Source: Octopus sinensis
Lineage: Eukaryota
Length of the DNA: 64,000 bases
Reading direction: 5' to 3'
Assembly: GCF_006345805.1 (NCBI RefSeq)
Contig: NC_043012.1
Span: 8,432,001 to 8,496,000, forward strand
Made by a program: the position numbers and the translations under genes. The notes under the pieces were generated by a model. That model was given only the letters and a program-made list of their open reading frames with translations. It did not search any database and was not told the origin of the DNA. Below are positions 1-13,083 of the stretch, piece after piece. The number at the start of each line of letters is the position of its first letter. Positions within the stretch are counted from its first letter, which is position 1.

Positions 1-675
1 TAAAAATACAAGAATAGGAAAATGGTAGCTAATAGTTGGTACCACGGTATATTGCAGTCGGTTTTGTACAGATTATAATACATAGGAGAGAAAGAGAGAG
101 AGAGAGAGGAAACTTCAATCAATGGCATCAACCACAGTGTATTACTGGTATTTTAATTATCTACTCCGTCTCCTTCTGCAGGGTGAAGTTGGGATGAGAA
201 GGAGTATAGCGTTAGGATATTAAAGGTTATAATAAAATACTTCAAGATGGTTTCTGTGTCACTCCATAGTGATTCTACATTTTAAAAACACTAAACCATG
301 AACCAAAAAATATTAGAGAATGTGTATCATATATAATGGATGGACATGTGGGAAATATGTCCTGTGTATCGTGTGTGATACGTAGGACAGGCAAACGGTT
401 AAAAAGGAGAACATATTGATTAATAGGGTAATGTGCTCCAGCTTGGTCGCAGTCTCATGACTGAAACAAGTAAAAGATGAAAGAAAGGATTGAAAAGATT
501 ATATATTTAGTGTGGTACACTATCTGAAAATAGAAGACAAGACAGTCATGGCTGGAATGTCATTGACTATAGGTCTCTCCGGATCAGGTCTGACCTAGAG
601 CTATACAGCAAAAGCAACAACTTCAACAACAACCACTAAAACTCTGAGGATTGAGTTCTTAAAACTTATTATGAA

Positions 676-1498
676 ACTAGCAGCATAGCCCGGCATTGCC
701 CGGGTATGTAAGAGCCCCTAGTAGGCAATGACTAATCCCAATCTAGTCCTTTCCCTCTTGGGAACGAAGGCGCATGTGTAGGTTGCAATGTCTTCTCTTC
801 ACTCGAATACTTCTGTGTATATGATGTTCCTAGCTGTCCCTTTGGGCGAAAACATGAAAACATCATTGCGCCTCCCAAGAGAGTTAAAAAGGTCGAGTTG
901 CGTCCCCTAGACAGTCTGTGGTTTGTGTTTAATACACAAATCGGTGTGCCACACATGATTTAATTAACCAATTTTTTCCAGCAATAAAGTATCCTATTGG
1001 AAAAAAAGGGCCATATAGCTCCTTGGAGCAGACATGATGCTCACTGTGAATTTAAAAAAAATTCCTGCCAATTTGTGAAAGATATTGTCCAAAATATGTC
1101 ATCTTGAATTTGAATGCGATTTCCCAAAATGGCATGATTTTATCGATTTTTTCTGATGGTAAGGTATTGCATGGAAAACTAACATCAGAATTAAGTTTCT
1201 TAGGGTAACATTAAGCTTCACCATGAGTTTGGTGAAAATCGATTGCAAGTTGTGAAAACTACAACAGAAAATGTGTTGCATATAAAAAGCTTAGATTCTC
1301 GACCCCCATCTCGAATTTATCGATTTCTTTCAGAACTGGGGGAACTTTTCAAAATTTTCGCTGCGTTAGTTTTGAATTATGACATTGGGCTATGTGTGTG
1401 TCAAGTTTTATCAGAATCGGTTGAAAGCCGTGGTCAGGGTGAGGGCACAACCTGACAGACACACAGACAGACAAACTGCCGTTTATATAGAGAGAGAT
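676..1498 (+). mobile_element. Non-autonomous Helitron/Helentron-like element (Lep1/DINE-1-like organisation)
   Basis: 5' ACTAG plus hairpin CCCGGCATTGCCCGGG; 3' AAGTTTTATCAGAATCGG, a GACA/CACA repeat and terminal TTTATATAGAGAGAGAT. Confidence 0.55.
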
Positions 1499-1530
1499 GG
1501 TAAGAAATCAGAGAGACCAGAATATCATAC

Positions 1531-1962
1531 CTGCCACAATGGTGCCAACATTAATATTTCACATATTTCATAAATGTGTAAACTTCTGGAAATGTCCAAA
1601 AGTGAGTTTCCTTCACTATCGCGGAACAGGAGTATGTCTTGGTATGATCTTAGAATCATCCTTTGTAATATTTCTGTCTTGCCTTTCCTGATTAACTCCA
1701 GGATATGTTGGTCAATGATATCAACGTATAAATCTTTGTTGAGCTTCTTGGCAAAATCCCTCGCTGTTCTTCCTTTGCTGTCTCGCAGAGATACATCTAA
1801 ACCAAAATGGAGCAATGTTTGAATCAGTTCCAGGGATTTATCCCTTGCTATCGCTTCGTAAATTATTGTTTGACCATGTTGGTTGCGTAGTGACAAGTTA
1901 CAGTCTTTTAGGACACGGACGATGATTTTGTGGTCTTGTGGTGCATCCGGGGAACATATTAA
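1531..1962 (-). CDS. Ankyrin-repeat protein, coding exon 5 (LICSPDAPQDHK...LAPLWQ); gene probably continues beyond the left edge
   Basis: Acceptor ccatattactttcccAG, donor CAG|GTATGA; 432 nt. Clear ankyrin repeats RNQHGQTIIYEAI...LIQTLLHFGLDVSLRDSKGRTARDFA. Confidence 0.9.
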
Positions 1963-2279
1963 CTGGGAAAGTAATATGGAGGAGATCAAATAAAAAATAT
2001 GTATGTATAAAAAAAAAGAAAATCAAATATATGAGGGAAGCATTGCATAATATGGCACGACCAAAACAAGAACAAGGAGAATAATGAAGATGATGAGGAT
2101 GCTATAGGCACAAGGCCTGAAATTTTGGCGGTAGTGAGCTTGGCAGTCATATCAACCTCAGTGCTCAACTAGTACATATTTTATTGACCCTGAAAGGGTG
2201 AAAAGCAAAGTTGACCTCGGTGGAATTTGAACTCAGAATGTAAAGATGGCTGAAATGCTGCTAAGCATCTCATTCTAAT

Positions 2280-2319
2280 GAGACCCTATAAGGGATCTAA
2301 TGATCCCTTATAGGGTCTC
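2280..2319. repeat. Perfect 18 bp-stem palindrome with 4 nt loop
   Basis: GAGACCCTATAAGGGATC-taat-GATCCCTTATAGGGTCTC. Confidence 0.95.
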
Positions 2320-2587
2320 TGAGGCTGTGGGAAGGAGGGAAAGGTATTCTTTAAGTAGATACCAAACCTGAATGCTTACAACACAGTGGTCTCCACTAAA
2401 AGCCTCCAAGATATCAGATGGTGAAGTTAAATTATGCAGTGGACTGAATTTACTGTCCAACTAGGTCATAACGGGATTTGAACTCAAAACTCAAAGAACC
2501 AGAGCAAATACTGGAAGGCTTCTGGTCCAATGTTCTTACAGTTACACCTGTTCATTGCCTTGTTTTGATACTTTCTTTTACTGGCTA

Positions 2588-2604
2588 AACAACAACAACA
2601 ACAA

Positions 2605-2642
<38 letters not shown>

Positions 2643-2739
2643 GCCGCCGCCGCCGCCACCACCACCACCGCCACCGCCACCACCACCACCGCCACCACCA
2701 CCACCACCACCACCACCACCACCACCACCACCACCACCA
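2588..2739 (+). repeat. Compound triplet microsatellite CAA-CAG-CCG-CCA
   Basis: (CAA)6(CAG)11(CCG)5 then CCA/CCG, all in one register. Confidence 0.95.
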
Positions 2740-3396
2740 CTCATTTTTGCCAGCTGAGTGGACTGGAGCAACGTGAAATAAAGTGTCTTGCTCAAGGATA
2801 CAATGCACTGCTGGTTTTCAAACCCATGATCTGACGATCATCAGCTGAATACCCTACCCACTTAGCTACATGCCTTCAACAACCAACAACAACAACAGCA
2901 TTAACAGCAGCAGCAGTGTGGAGGTGCAATGGCCCAGTGGTTAGGGCAGCGGACTCACGGTCGTAAGAACATGTTTCAATTCTCAGACCGGGCATTGTGA
3001 GTGTTTATTGAGCAAAAACACCTAAGCTCCACAAGGCTCCGGCGAGGGGTGGGTGGTGAACCCGCTGTACTCTTTCACCACAATTTCTCTCACTCTTTCT
3101 TCCTACTTCTGCCACAAAGCAGAGGAACCATGGTGCAACCCACTATGGTGTGGTAAACTTTCAGACCCTAGTCTAGATTGCGAATCCTCTGTACCCCAGG
3201 ATGGTTCAGCTCTCCGCCACTGTTAAAAGTCACTGCTTACGGAATAAGGATAACAACGTAGCTTTTGCGCCCGTGCAAGCGCCTGTCTATCGCGTGTGGC
3301 AGGTGGATCTTCAAGTTGCCACACGCATTCTTAGTGGCTTAGAATAGGCTCGGATTAGAGATTATTCTTTGTGGCTAATGGCGTGAGTCCTGATTG

Positions 3397-3487
3397 GAAG
3401 AAGAAGAAGAAGAAGAAGAAGAAGAAGAAGAAGAAGAAGAAGAAGAAGAAGAAGAAGAAGAAGAAAAAAAAGAAGAAGAAGAAGAAG
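3397..3487 (+). repeat. (GAA)n microsatellite
   Basis: About 30 near-pure GAA units. Confidence 0.95.
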
Positions 3488-3549
3488 GAGCAACAACAAC
3501 CCTACACCACAACTACAACAACAATAAGCAATCATTGGAATATACTTAC

Positions 3550-3764
3550 ATAAAAAAATAGGGGTCGCAACAGCCCTTTGTCCTTTTCTTCAGAGTTGTA
3601 CAGTTTATGAACATCAACCTTCAAATCCATAAGTATGTTGACCATTGCATAATTATTAATCTCCCAAATTTCAGCAATCAAAGGTTTGCCAACATCTTTG
3701 CTGTCGTTACGGTCTGTCGAGAATGACTTGTCACAGGCATTCACATCTATGTTCTCCATCAATT
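3550..3764 (-). CDS. Ankyrin-repeat protein, coding exon 4 (Q-LMENIDVNACDK...LRPLFFY)
   Basis: Acceptor atatctcattAG, donor TAT|GTAAGT; 215 nt, phase 1 in, phase 0 out; contains ankyrin-like NIDVNACD and MDLKVDVH. Confidence 0.85.
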
Positions 3765-3801
3765 CTAATGAGATATTTCAAACACAGAAAAATAACAATA
3801 A

Positions 3802-3836
<35 letters not shown>

Positions 3837-4065
3837 ATAATAATAATAATAATCCTTTCTACTATAGACACAAGGCCTGAAATGTGGGGGAGGGGATTAG
3901 TAGGTTACATTGACCCCCAGTGTTTCACGGGTACTTAATTTATTGACCCTGAAAGGATGAAAGGCAAAGTCAACCTCGGTGGAATTTGAACTTAGAACAT
4001 ATTGATGGACAAAATACCGCTAAGCGTTTTGTCCAGTGTGCTAACAATTCTGCCAGTTTGCCACC

Positions 4066-4097
<32 letters not shown>

Positions 4098-4099
<2 letters not shown>

Positions 4100-4556
4100 A
4101 ATTATTGTATACAGTGCTCAGGTGCACCACAACTTGTCAGAAAGTGCATATAGAGTATATGCAGTAATGTACAAATATCTGGAAAGCGAACAATGTATGA
4201 GTCAGATACATGCTTGTGTGTGTATGGAGGGGAGAAAATCAAGTGTAGTGTTGGCGAATCTCAGAAAGCATGGAAGTTTTGAAGGATGCAGTGCTCCGAC
4301 AACAAACAACTGATGCCGGCAGTTTGTTCCAGGCTTCAGCAACTCTCAGCGTGAAAAAAATGTTTCCTAAAGTCATGGGAGCTGTGCTGTTTTCTGACTT
4401 TGTAAATATGTCCATGGGTGTTAGACAGGTGGAGTTTGAAAAGGTGCTCAGAGTTATTGTTTGTAAGATGGTTGATAGTTTTATGGGTGCCTGCCAAGTC
4501 AGCTGCCAGACGTCGGAGTTTCAATGTGTCCATGCCCAGGGAAGTAAGGCATTCAA
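4098..4556 (-). mobile_element. CR1/L2-group LINE 3' fragment
   Basis: Minus frame MDTLKLRRLAADL...HGHIYKVRKQHSSHDFRKHFF is a typical CR1-type ORF2 C-terminus; (ATT)n tail at ~4066-4097. Confidence 0.75.
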
Positions 4557-5988
4557 TAATAATAAGAATAAGAATAATTATAATAAGGGGTGAAAAGGTT
4601 CTCTAATGAGAAGGATTTCCAATGCTGCAATGGATTTAGATGAAGAGCTTGTAAAAACTTCTGAGAAACTCCTGCGGTTTGTGCATACAACAAAGCATCT
4701 TTGAAGTTTATTTCACCTTTATTCAAAAATGAATTTGATTTCATTTTGAGACACCTAGTGTGCATGTATTTTCTTCTTTGTGCACTTGTTGTAAAATATG
4801 TGCATGTGTACAAGTGCAGAACTTAGAAGGAACATTAGGTTGCATCAATAAAAAACCCCGCTTCAGTCATGAATGATCATGGGTTTGCACCTAGAAAGCT
4901 CCCCTCTGAGACACAAGTCTGGGCAAGGTTGTTTATGGAAGACCGGCAGTCACCCATGCATACCAGCCTCCCCTCTACACACCACCGATGTTATCCAAGG
5001 GAAAAGCAAAGGTGATACAGTTTGGCACCAGTGGCGTCACGACTCATTTCTACAGCTGAGTGAACTGGAGCAACATGAAGTAAAGTGCCTTGCTCAAGAA
5101 CACAACACATAGCTCGGTCTGGGAATCGAACTCACTACCTCATGACTGTGAGCCCAACGCTCTAACTCCTGGACTATGTGCCCTCATATAATATGCCTTT
5201 ATTTACCTTAGCACTGGACAGAGTTCAAAATTATCTTAAGTTTATTAAACATGGCTATTATTCTGTCTTTTTTTCAGTCCACACGTCCCTCTTTTGCTAA
5301 TGACAAACGTTGGCCTAATGGATAGAGTTGCAGTTATCAAGTCAAGAGTTCAATGGTTCAAGTACGGTTAAAGCATTGGCTGTTTACTATAATGAATTCC
5401 CAGATAGTTCAGTCTATCTAGTTGTAAATGGGTACCAAAATCTATTACTACTACTGGAAAAATTGACTTCTAGAAAATAGTAGTGCAGAACTTCTGTACA
5501 GTGTCATAAAAAGCATGTTAGACATGGATGTTCGTCTGAACCTCAGCAAGTCAGATTTCGCGTGATGAATGCAGTCACCCACTCGCCTTGCATTGTTGGC
5601 TAAAATGGTATATTGCTGCCAGGATATGAAAATGGCAGTGTAAAGTGTCATACATCATGTAGGTGAAATGAATAACTTAACTTTGTAATCGAAGGTAGAC
5701 AACTGTTGTTATCAGGAGCAGACAACTATTTATAAGCCAGGGGAGATAACTACTTTTTCCTAATGAGTTTCTTAAAAAGAAAATATTTCACGGAAGGAAA
5801 AAATAAAAAACCTAAATAAAAATTTCATTGAAGAATGTGAAGTTTGATGTAAATTCTGTAAACAAATATATACTATTCATGAAACAGAATATTATAATTG
5901 TTGAGTGTTAATAATTTTAAATTTCATTGGGTGTCTGAATTGAAAAAATAAAACAGTCCAACACACTTGCACACATACACGGAACATG

Positions 5989-6032
<44 letters not shown>

Positions 6033-6657
6033 GATTTAGTCTAGCACCCTTGTAGGTCACAGTAGAATTTCAAACTCAGAGCACAAACAGCCAGAATAAA
6101 TATCAGAAGGCATCTAGTCTAACAATCTAATGTCGCTCCTGTCCACCACCTTAGGTTAATACTTGTCTCTCTGGCATTCTGTTGATTATGATGAGTTTTC
6201 TAGTTAAAATTAACATGAAAACAATGTCATGAAATTAATGTGCAATTGGTTTACTTCCTTCATTATTATGTGGAAGTCTCCCTAAAATACAATGGGTCCT
6301 GTATGATTGTAGGATACTGTAAGTGGTGGGCGGAAGAGTATGGAGGATAATATTGCAATGCAGTGAATGGTAAAACTGACATTCTGTCGGTTACGATGAC
6401 GAGTGTTCCAGCCTTTTCATGAAATTAATGTGCAAGTGGCTGAGTACTCCACAGACATGTGTACCCTCAGTATAGTTCGCAGGGAGATTCAGTGTGACAC
6501 AGAATGTGACAAGGCTGGCCTTTTCAAATACAGTTACTACTCATTTTTGCCAGGTGAGGCGACTGGAGCAACCTGAAATAATGTGTCTTGTTCAAAGACA
6601 CAACATGTTGCTAGGAATTGAACTCATTACCATATGATCATGAGCCAAATACTCTAA

Positions 6658-7094
6658 CTACTCGGCCATCGTTACCAGCGTCGCCTTACTGGCACTTGTG
6701 CCCCGTGCTAGTAGGGTGCTAAAAGCACCATCCGAGTGTGATCGTTGCCAGAGCGGCCAATTGGTTTCCGTGCTGGTGGCACGTAAAAGGCACCATTCGA
6801 GTGTGATCGTTACCAGCATCGCTTTACTGGCACCTGTACTGGTATCTTGTTTAAAATATTTGAGCAAGGTCGTTGCCAGTATCGCCTGACTGGCCCCCAT
6901 GCCGGTGACACGTAAAAGCACCCACTACACTCTCAGAGTGGTTGGCGTTAGGAAGGGCATCCAGCTGTAGAAACTCTGCCAGATCAAGAGTGAAGCCTGG
7001 TGCAGCCATCTGGTTTGCCAGCCCTCAGTCAAAATCGTCCAACCCATGCTAGCATGGAAAGCGGACGTTAAACGATGATGATGATGATGATGAT
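6658..7094 (+). mobile_element. Retroelement family C (variable internal tandem units, GGCGTTAGGAAGGGCATCCAGCTGTAG body, (GAT)n tail)
   Basis: Many copies: ~10705, 19350, 41905, 47960, 49430, 53460 (+); ~14560, 28020, 33818, 46510, 57775 (-). The tail resembles RTE-type 3' ends. Confidence 0.75.
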
Positions 7095-7271
7095 GTCCCT
7101 GAGGGACGAATGGCTGAACCTACTTAGCAAAGTTATACACCCAGAATACCTGAAGATGGAATGAATAATGCCATTGTTTAATTAATGTTTCTTTCTCTTT
7201 GATGTTTGTATTAAAATATATCTGTGGTAGAATATACTTGTTGTGTTATGTGTTTAATTAACGTGTCTTAC

Positions 7272-7514
7272 GTTTTGAGATCCAGCTCTTGATAATCAAT
7301 GGTCTTCCGCTGAGACAGGCCAAAGAAAATTCTATTGTATTTTCATATTTCTCCATCAGGTGTTGGCAGTGAATGTGGTAGGGATTCTGTTGGGCCATAA
7401 CTCGAAGATTCACTATTTTGCCATTCTTCATGATTGTTACCCGACACCAGGACTGTAAGAGCAGTTCCACTTGTCTAAGATTTGGTTTTACGGTTAACAT
7501 GGCCTGCCACAAAC
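7272..7514 (-). CDS. Ankyrin-repeat protein, coding exon 3 (G-LWQAMLTVKPNL...LIIKSWISK)
   Basis: Acceptor cttttctgttttgcAG, donor C|GTAAGA; 243 nt, phase 1 in and out; open frame throughout. Confidence 0.85.
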
Positions 7515-8587
7515 CTGCAAAACAGAAAAGCTAATAAATGACAAATAAAAAAAATACAACACAAAAAAAACAAACTCGGAATCTGTGTATATTAATGAGC
7601 AATTAATTCATTAATTTGAGTAAGCAATGGATCACTTGAAAGTTTCATGGGAGTGGCAAGGAAGATTCTGATTTAAAACTTTTTGTGCCATTTTCAGGAT
7701 AATGAATATTCTCTTGACTTTTGATAACCATTTTATCCAAATATATATAAAACAATATCTATATGTGTGTGTGTGTGTGTGTGTGGCTGTGTGGTAAGTA
7801 GCTTGCTTACCAACCACATGGTTCCGGATTCAGTCCCATTGCGTGGCACCTTGGGCAAATGTCTTCTACTATAATCTCGGGCTGACCAAAGCCTTGTGAG
7901 TGGAATTGGTAGACAGAAACTGAAAGAAGCCTGCCGTATATATGTATTTCTTTACTACCCACAAGGGGCTAAACATAGAGGGGACAAACAAGGACAGACA
8001 AAGGGATTAAGTCAATTACATCGACCCAGTGCGAAGCTGGTACTTTATTTATTGACCCCGAGAGGATGAAAGGCAAAGTCGACCTCGGCAGAATTTGAAC
8101 TCAGAACGTAACAACAGACGAAATGCCGCTAAGCATTTCGGCCGGTCCGCTTACGTTTCTGCCAGCTTGCCGCCATATTAGGCTTACAAAGAATAAGTGC
8201 TGGGGTCAATTTGCTCAACTAAAGGTGGTGCTCTAGCATAACCACATTCAAATGACTGGAACAAATAAAAGAATAAAAGAATATATGTATGCGTGTATAT
8301 ATATATATATATATGTACAATGGGCTTCTTTTTAGTTTCTGTTTACCAAATTCACTCACAAGGCTTTGGTTGGTCTGAGGCTATAGAAGAAGATACTTAT
8401 CCAAGGTGCCATGCAGTGGGACTGAACCTAGCTTAACTTCTAGTGTGTGTGTGTATATATATATATATAATTAAAATCTTAGGGTAGCAAGAATATTCAT
8501 AGAAAAATTCTTAGTTACGTGGTTAGTGAACGTACACTGTATTCTTCTTTGAATAATATATATATATATATAATATATATATATACA

Positions 8588-8630
<43 letters not shown>

Positions 8631-8984
8631 GGGTACAGGTATGACTGTGTGGTAAGAAGTTTGCTTCCCAATCACTTGGTTCCAGGTTCAGTCCCACTGC
8701 ATTGCACCTTCTACTATAGCCTTGAGTCAACCAACACTTTGTGAATGGATTTAGTACACAGAATATATATATGTGTGTTTGTGTGTATAGGTAGACAAAT
8801 GGGGAAAGGAATGAAAATAATGATACTCCGGTGCCAGGAAAAAAAAAGGGAAAAGGTTCCTTCTTTTGATATAATGAAAAATGTTAGACAATACAGGATT
8901 TCCGTGCAGAAATATAAATGAATTTTTTTTGGAGACCAAACATTTTAAAGTGCTCAGCTCTTTTGTATTTCTTCCAATATTTAC

Positions 8985-9103
8985 CTGGTTTGAATTTGTT
9001 GTACCATAATAACATTTCCTGCCATCCTTCTGGTTTTGTTTCCAAGAGAATTTCTTCGGCTGTTTTATTGTCATTGTTACGAATCTCAGGATCAATTCCA
9101 CAT
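8985..9103 (-). CDS. Ankyrin-repeat protein, coding exon 2 (R-CGIDPEIRNNDNKTAEEILLETKPEGWQEMLLWYNKFKP)
   Basis: Acceptor ttcctttcatgttttAG, donor G|GTAAAT; 119 nt. Phase 2 in matches exon 1 and completes the ankyrin repeat (ALMRCGIDPEIRN). Confidence 0.88.
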
Positions 9104-10058
9104 CTAAAACATGAAAGGAAACGGAAATTGAAGAGACACAAGACAAATGTTCTATCAACCTTTTTTGGCATTTAAAGCGGCCATATTCGGGCCCCAAATA
9201 TTCTGCCTGTTTAATGTTAAGATTGACGACATCTGACCTCTCAGAACAACCCTAGGGTGTCATTCTAGAAATAAATAATTACTTCATAAAAATCTCAAAG
9301 CTACACGTTCTTTTATTTATTTCAGTCATTTGAATGTGGCCATGGTGGAGCACTGCCTTGAATGGTCTTAGTCGAACAAATCGACTGTGGGACTTATTTT
9401 TTAAGGCCTAGAACTTATTCTACTGGTCTATTTTGCTGAACTGCTAAGTTACAGAGCTGTAAACATACCAACACCAGCTGTTAAGTGGTGATGCGAGGGA
9501 CAAGCTCAGACACAAAGACACACATGTATTGATATATACATGTATATATGATGGGCTTCTTTCAGTTTCTGTCTACCAAATCCGCTCATAAGACTCTGGT
9601 TGGCCCGAGCTTATAGTAAAAGATACTTGACCAAGGTGCCATACAAAAGGACTGAACCCATGGCCATGTGGTTGGGAAGCAAGCTTCATACTGCACAGGC
9701 ATGCAATCGAAAACAATGTAAATAAGAGACATAAGGTTAACCTGGCTGATATTTTGCAGAAACCAAAGGTGGTGTTAATATCCATATTCTATCAATAATA
9801 TTCAATGTAAACAATATATAACAACTATTTGATGTGCTTTTTGATGAACTTATTTTTAAGGTCTGATGCTTATTGTATCAGTCTCTTTTGCCAAACTGCT
9901 AGGTTACAGAGGATGTAAACAACCCAACATTGGTTATCATGTGGTGGTGGCAGATGACAAACACAAATACAAAAACCTTGAAGTACATTCGCAGACATAC
10001 ACACATATATATGCATACACATATATGTATGTATGTAAGTATGTACACACATGCGTCC

Positions 10059-10091
<33 letters not shown>

Positions 10092-10101
10092 TCTCTCTGT
10101 C

Positions 10102-10135
<34 letters not shown>

Positions 10136-10400
10136 CTCTGGCAGGGGGTCGTGGTGACTCCTCTTGTACTCTTTCGCCACAGCTTTCTCTCACTCTCTCT
10201 TCCTGTTTCTTGAATAATGCTGCAATGGACTGGTGTCCCGTCCAGCTGGGGGGGAACATGTACGCCACAGAAACCAGGAAACCAGTCCCATGAGCCTGGC
10301 TAGGCTTGAAAAGGACAACGTTTATCGTACACACACACACACAAACACATACACATATATATATGTATACACATACACAACCACACACACACAAACACAT

Positions 10401-10436
<36 letters not shown>

Positions 10437-10909
10437 ACATATATCACAGGTTTTTGCACATCACACTTTCTGTGTACCAAATTCTCTGACAAGGCATTGG
10501 TCATCATGGAGCTGTAGTAGAAGACACTTGTCCAAGGTGTCACACAGTGAGATTGAACATGGAAACTATTTGATTGCAAAGTGAACATCGCATAACCATA
10601 ACCATACTTGTAGTTATGTTAATATATTTTATTGTTATTGTTTTAACCGTTGCTCAATTTTGATCCAGCAGGTCCCATCTTTTATTCACGCATAAGTAAA
10701 AACACCTGTGCAGTGTCACGTAAAAGTGCCTGTGCGGTGCTACATAAAAGCAGCCAGCACACTTAGTAAAGTAGTAAAGTGGTTGGCATTAGGAAGGGCG
10801 TCCAGCTGTAGAAACAGTTTCAAATCAGACTGGGGTCAGGTGCAGCTCCCCAGGTTGCCAGCTCTAGACAAACCATCCAACCCATGCCAGCAGGGATAAT
10901 GGACATTAA

Positions 10910-10951
<42 letters not shown>

Positions 10952-11250
10952 GTGATGGTGATGGTGATGATGATGATGATGATGATGATGATAATGATGA
11001 TGACGAGGATAAGTGTATCTAGGATTACATTATCTAATGTGTATTTCCTTCTTATTCTTTAGCACTGGTTGTGCCTTGATCTAGCACACTTATGCTCAAT
11101 TCTGATAATTCTGATTTGACCATCCCAACTCTTATTTGAACATCAGCATATCTAGGACTCCATTATCCAATGTCTTCTTTCATCTAATACAAACACATAC
11201 ACACACACACAAAAAAAAACAAAAAACAAAATAAAGCATCATTTGAAGGA

Positions 11251-11283
<33 letters not shown>

Positions 11284-11588
11284 TGTTTAACATTCGGATG
11301 GGTGGGACTGTTTGACAGGAGCCGGCCGGGCAGAAGCCTGCACCAAGCTTAAAGGATATTCCTAGGTGTGTGATGTCTATTTAAACCATATATCATCTAT
11401 TAAACTGACATTTAGTGATGTATCGAATACTGAATTTAGCTCAAGTGATGTATCAACTATTGCATCAATGACAGTCGAAATGTATGTATGCATTCATGCA
11501 TACATATGTATGCATGAATGCATGTATATATGTATATATATATGCATATATATATGTTTGGATATGTGTATATATATATATATATATC

Positions 11589-11623
<35 letters not shown>

Positions 11624-11877
11624 TATTATATATATATATGTCTGTGTGTTTAGATATGTATGTATGTATACACATATATACAGGTATACATCTATATCAC
11701 CTGTCACCTACTTATGTCGTCAATGATTTCACTGGGATAATATGCAGAGTCAGCCAGGTGTACAGGCTTTCTCAGTTTTCAATGACATTGAGAAAATACT
11801 CTTAATTACACCTGCACACGTTATATCCCACCTTCACCATTTCTGCTTCACCATTGCATTTGTATATTTCATGCAAG

Positions 11878-11917
11878 TTTCACAATTTCACAATTTCACA
11901 ATTTCACAATTTCACAA
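11878..11917 (+). repeat. (TTTCACAA)5 octamer repeat
   Basis: Five perfect copies. Confidence 0.9.
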
Positions 11918-11996
11918 TTCAACAGCGTTGCACAAGATTTGCATGCATTTATGCGTGTGTGCATATATGTATATATATATATATATATGATATATA

Positions 11997-12029
<33 letters not shown>

Positions 12030-12064
12030 TGTATATATAATATATAATATATGTATATATAATT

Positions 12065-12095
<31 letters not shown>

Positions 12096-12100
12096 ATATA

Positions 12101-12266
12101 GGCGCAGGTGTGGGTGTGTGGTAAGTAGCTTGCTAACCAGCCACATGGTTCTGGGTTCAGTCCCACTGCGTTGCATCTTGGGCAAGTGTCTTCTGCTAGC
12201 TATAGCCCCGGGCCAACCAATTCCTTGTGAGTGGATTTTGTAGACGGAAACTGAAAGAAGCCTGTC

Positions 12267-12350
<84 letters not shown>

Positions 12351-12500
12351 TTGTCCCCCTAGCATTGCTAGGCAAAAGAGACCGATAGAATTAGTACTGG
12401 GCTAACAAAGAATAAGTCCCGGGGGCGATTTGCTCGACTAAAGGCGGTGCTCCAGCATGGCTGCAGTCAAATGACTGAAACAAGTAAAAGAGTAAAGAGA
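12101..12500 (+). mobile_element. SINE family A, full-length copy (tRNA-like head, CORE-like CCTTGGGCAAG segment, internal TA/TG microsatellite, GAGTAAAA tail)
   Basis: About 20 copies. Plus strand: ~7783, 8630, 14738, 21623, 23258, 25175, 25992, 29674, 44950, 60257, 60395. Minus strand: ~8320, 9311, 10445, 37075, 45860, 48323, 59216. Confidence 0.9.
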
Positions 12501-12961
12501 TATATATATATATATACTACCCTTCTCCACCTTTCCCTCCCCATACTCCCCTTTTCCTCCCCTTCTCTCCCTTATCCCCTTTCCGTTTCCTCCTCCTCCT
12601 TTCCATTCATACTTTCCCTTTCCCTCCTCTCCCCCTCCCAATCTTTGTCTTCCAAGTTACTTGGTGACCTCACTGGTGTTGGTGCCACATAAGAAAAAAG
12701 CAAAGCACCTAATCTGCTCTATGAAGTGATTGCCATTAGGAAGGGCATCTAACCGTAAAAACGATGCCAAAGCAGACAGTGGTGCTTAAGCAGTGTCCCC
12801 TAGCTTGCCAGCTCCAGTGGAAATATCCAGTCCAAACCAACATGGAAAACAGGATGACGATGATGATGATGATGCTAATATATATTGAGATTAAACAAAT
12901 TGAAATACTACCAGCTATGCTAGTCATAACAGCAGGCATCTTCTTTTTATAGGGATACATA

Positions 12962-12999
<38 letters not shown>

Positions 13000-13083
13000 A
13001 ACACACACACACACATACATACATACATACATATATACATACAAACATGCATACATACAGGCATACATATGTATATACATACA

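Noticed and set aside
5451-5651. 66 aa minus-strand ORF between ankyrin exons 3 and 4 as an extra exon
   Set aside because: Exons 3 and 4 already join in phase; the peptide has no ankyrin character and I found no convincing splice sites.
11457-12365. Numerous YI/IY/VC/HT-rich ORFs here and elsewhere in the track
   Set aside because: Translations of (TA)n, (TG)n and (CA)n microsatellites.
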